Source: Ginglymostoma cirratum (lineage: Eukaryota). From it: a stretch of 64,000 nt of DNA. Location: positions 720,300-784,299 of the forward strand of contig JAHRHZ010000092.1 of the NCBI GenBank assembly GCA_024137785.1, written 5' to 3'. This document shows, in pieces, positions 62,901-64,000 of this stretch. The position numbers and the translations under genes were made by a program. Position 1 is the stretch's first letter, and the number at the start of each line of letters is the position of its first letter. The notes under the pieces were generated by a model. The model was not told the origin of the DNA, did no database searches, and saw nothing but the letters and a program-made list of their open reading frames with translations.

Positions 62901-63871
62901 GAAATACATAAATGATCTGGAGGATGGTATAGATGGTCTGATTAGCAAGTTTGCAGATGACACTAAGATTGGTGGAGTAGCAGATAGTGAAGGGGACTGT
63001 CGGACAATGCAGCAGAATATAGATAGATTGGAGAGTTGGGTGGAGAAATGGCAGATGGAGTTAAATCCAGGCAAATGCGAGGTGATGCATTTTGGAAGAT
63101 CCAATTCAAGAGCGAACTATACGGTAAATGGAAAAGCCCTAGGTAAAATTGATACACAGAGAGATCTGGGTGTTCAGGTCCATTGTACCCTGAAGGTGGC
63201 AACGCAGGTCGATAGAGTAGTCAAGAAGGCATACGGCATGCTTACATTCATCGGACGGGGTATTGAGTACAAGATTTGGCAGGTCATGTTACAGTTGTAT
63301 AGGACTTTGGTTTGACCATATTTGGAATACTGCATACAGTTCTGGTCGCCACATTATCAAAAGGATGTGGATGCTTTGGAGAGGATGCAGAGGAGGTTCA
63401 CCAGGATGTTGCCTGGTATGGAGGGTGCTAGCTATGAAGTGAGGTTGAGGAGATATAGGATTATTTACATTAGAATGACGGAGGTTGAGTGGGTCCTGAT
63501 TGAGGTCGACAAAATCATGAGAGGTACAGACAGGGTGGATACAAGAAGCTTTTTCCCAGAGTGGGCACTCAATTACTAAGGGTCATGATTTCAAGGTGAG
63601 AGGGGAAAAGTTTAAGGGAGATATGCGTGGAAATTTCTTTACGCAGAGCGTGGTGGGTGTCTGGAATGCGTTGCCAGTGGAGGTGGTAAAGGTGGGCACG
63701 ATAGCATCATTTAAGATGTATCTCAACAGATACATGAATGGGCAGGGAGCAGAAGGATACAGATCCTTGGAAAATAGGCGACAGGTTTAGGTAGAGGATC
63801 TGGATCGGCGCAGGCTTGGAGGGCCGAAGGGCCTGTTCCTGTGTTGTAATTTTCTTTGTTCTTTGTTCTTT
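59975..63871 (+). mobile_element. Near full-length CR1 LINE: ORF1 esterase remnant, ORF2 endonuclease + RT, 3' tail; multiple stops and frameshifts
   Basis: VIG..IVRGVDRRFCG and VVHLGTNDI (SGNH-like), CFNARS, ITETW, YYRPP, SDHN, GVPQGSVLGP, KFADD, (ttctttg)n. Confidence 0.92.
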
Positions 63872-64000
63872 ATTCTACTCCACCAACTTGAAGTGATTGT
63901 CTCCTGCTCATGCTGACATGATGTCTAACTTTGCAATCTGAAAATATTATATTAGTACATCTATTGGACAGTAATAGTGGTGTTGTTCCTTTGTCCTGAG

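Noticed and set aside
1-64000. D, J, C segments, 12-RSSs, CRISPR or other prokaryotic systems, and most short ORFs in the track
   Set aside because: None recognised by eye; short ORFs are LINE fragments, antisense shadows or chance frames. An RSS scan could still reveal cryptic sites

Overview
Eukaryotic genomic DNA, most likely from a cartilaginous fish (shark-type CR1/HER1 LINEs and HE1-like V-SINEs). The window lies inside the variable-segment array of an antigen-receptor locus, best read as T-cell receptor beta (TRB). I can support seven V segments in mixed orientation (-,-,+,-,+,+,+). Three have open leader+V exons and 23-bp RSSs (6.5, 22.4 and 38.7 kb). One is open but has a 19-bp RSS spacer (14.3 kb). 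Three are pseudogenes (10.5, 15.7 and 49.8 kb). Five of the seven resemble the lineage of the single inverted mammalian TRBV30/mouse TRBV31 gene (CAW-type). No D, J or C segments were seen. The rest is largely nested retroelements: CR1, Rex/Babar, RTE, Tx1-like, SINEs, and many short fold-back Penelope-like insertions carrying minimal hammerhead-ribozyme motifs and 13-16 bp target-site duplications. The most unusual structures are a V promoter+leader cassette bracketed by ~175-bp inverted repeats, a 19-bp-spacer RSS, a perfect 102-bp palindrome, and a shared ETS-CRE promoter motif. Family assignments come from recalled motifs, not database searches. Repeat boundaries are approximate.
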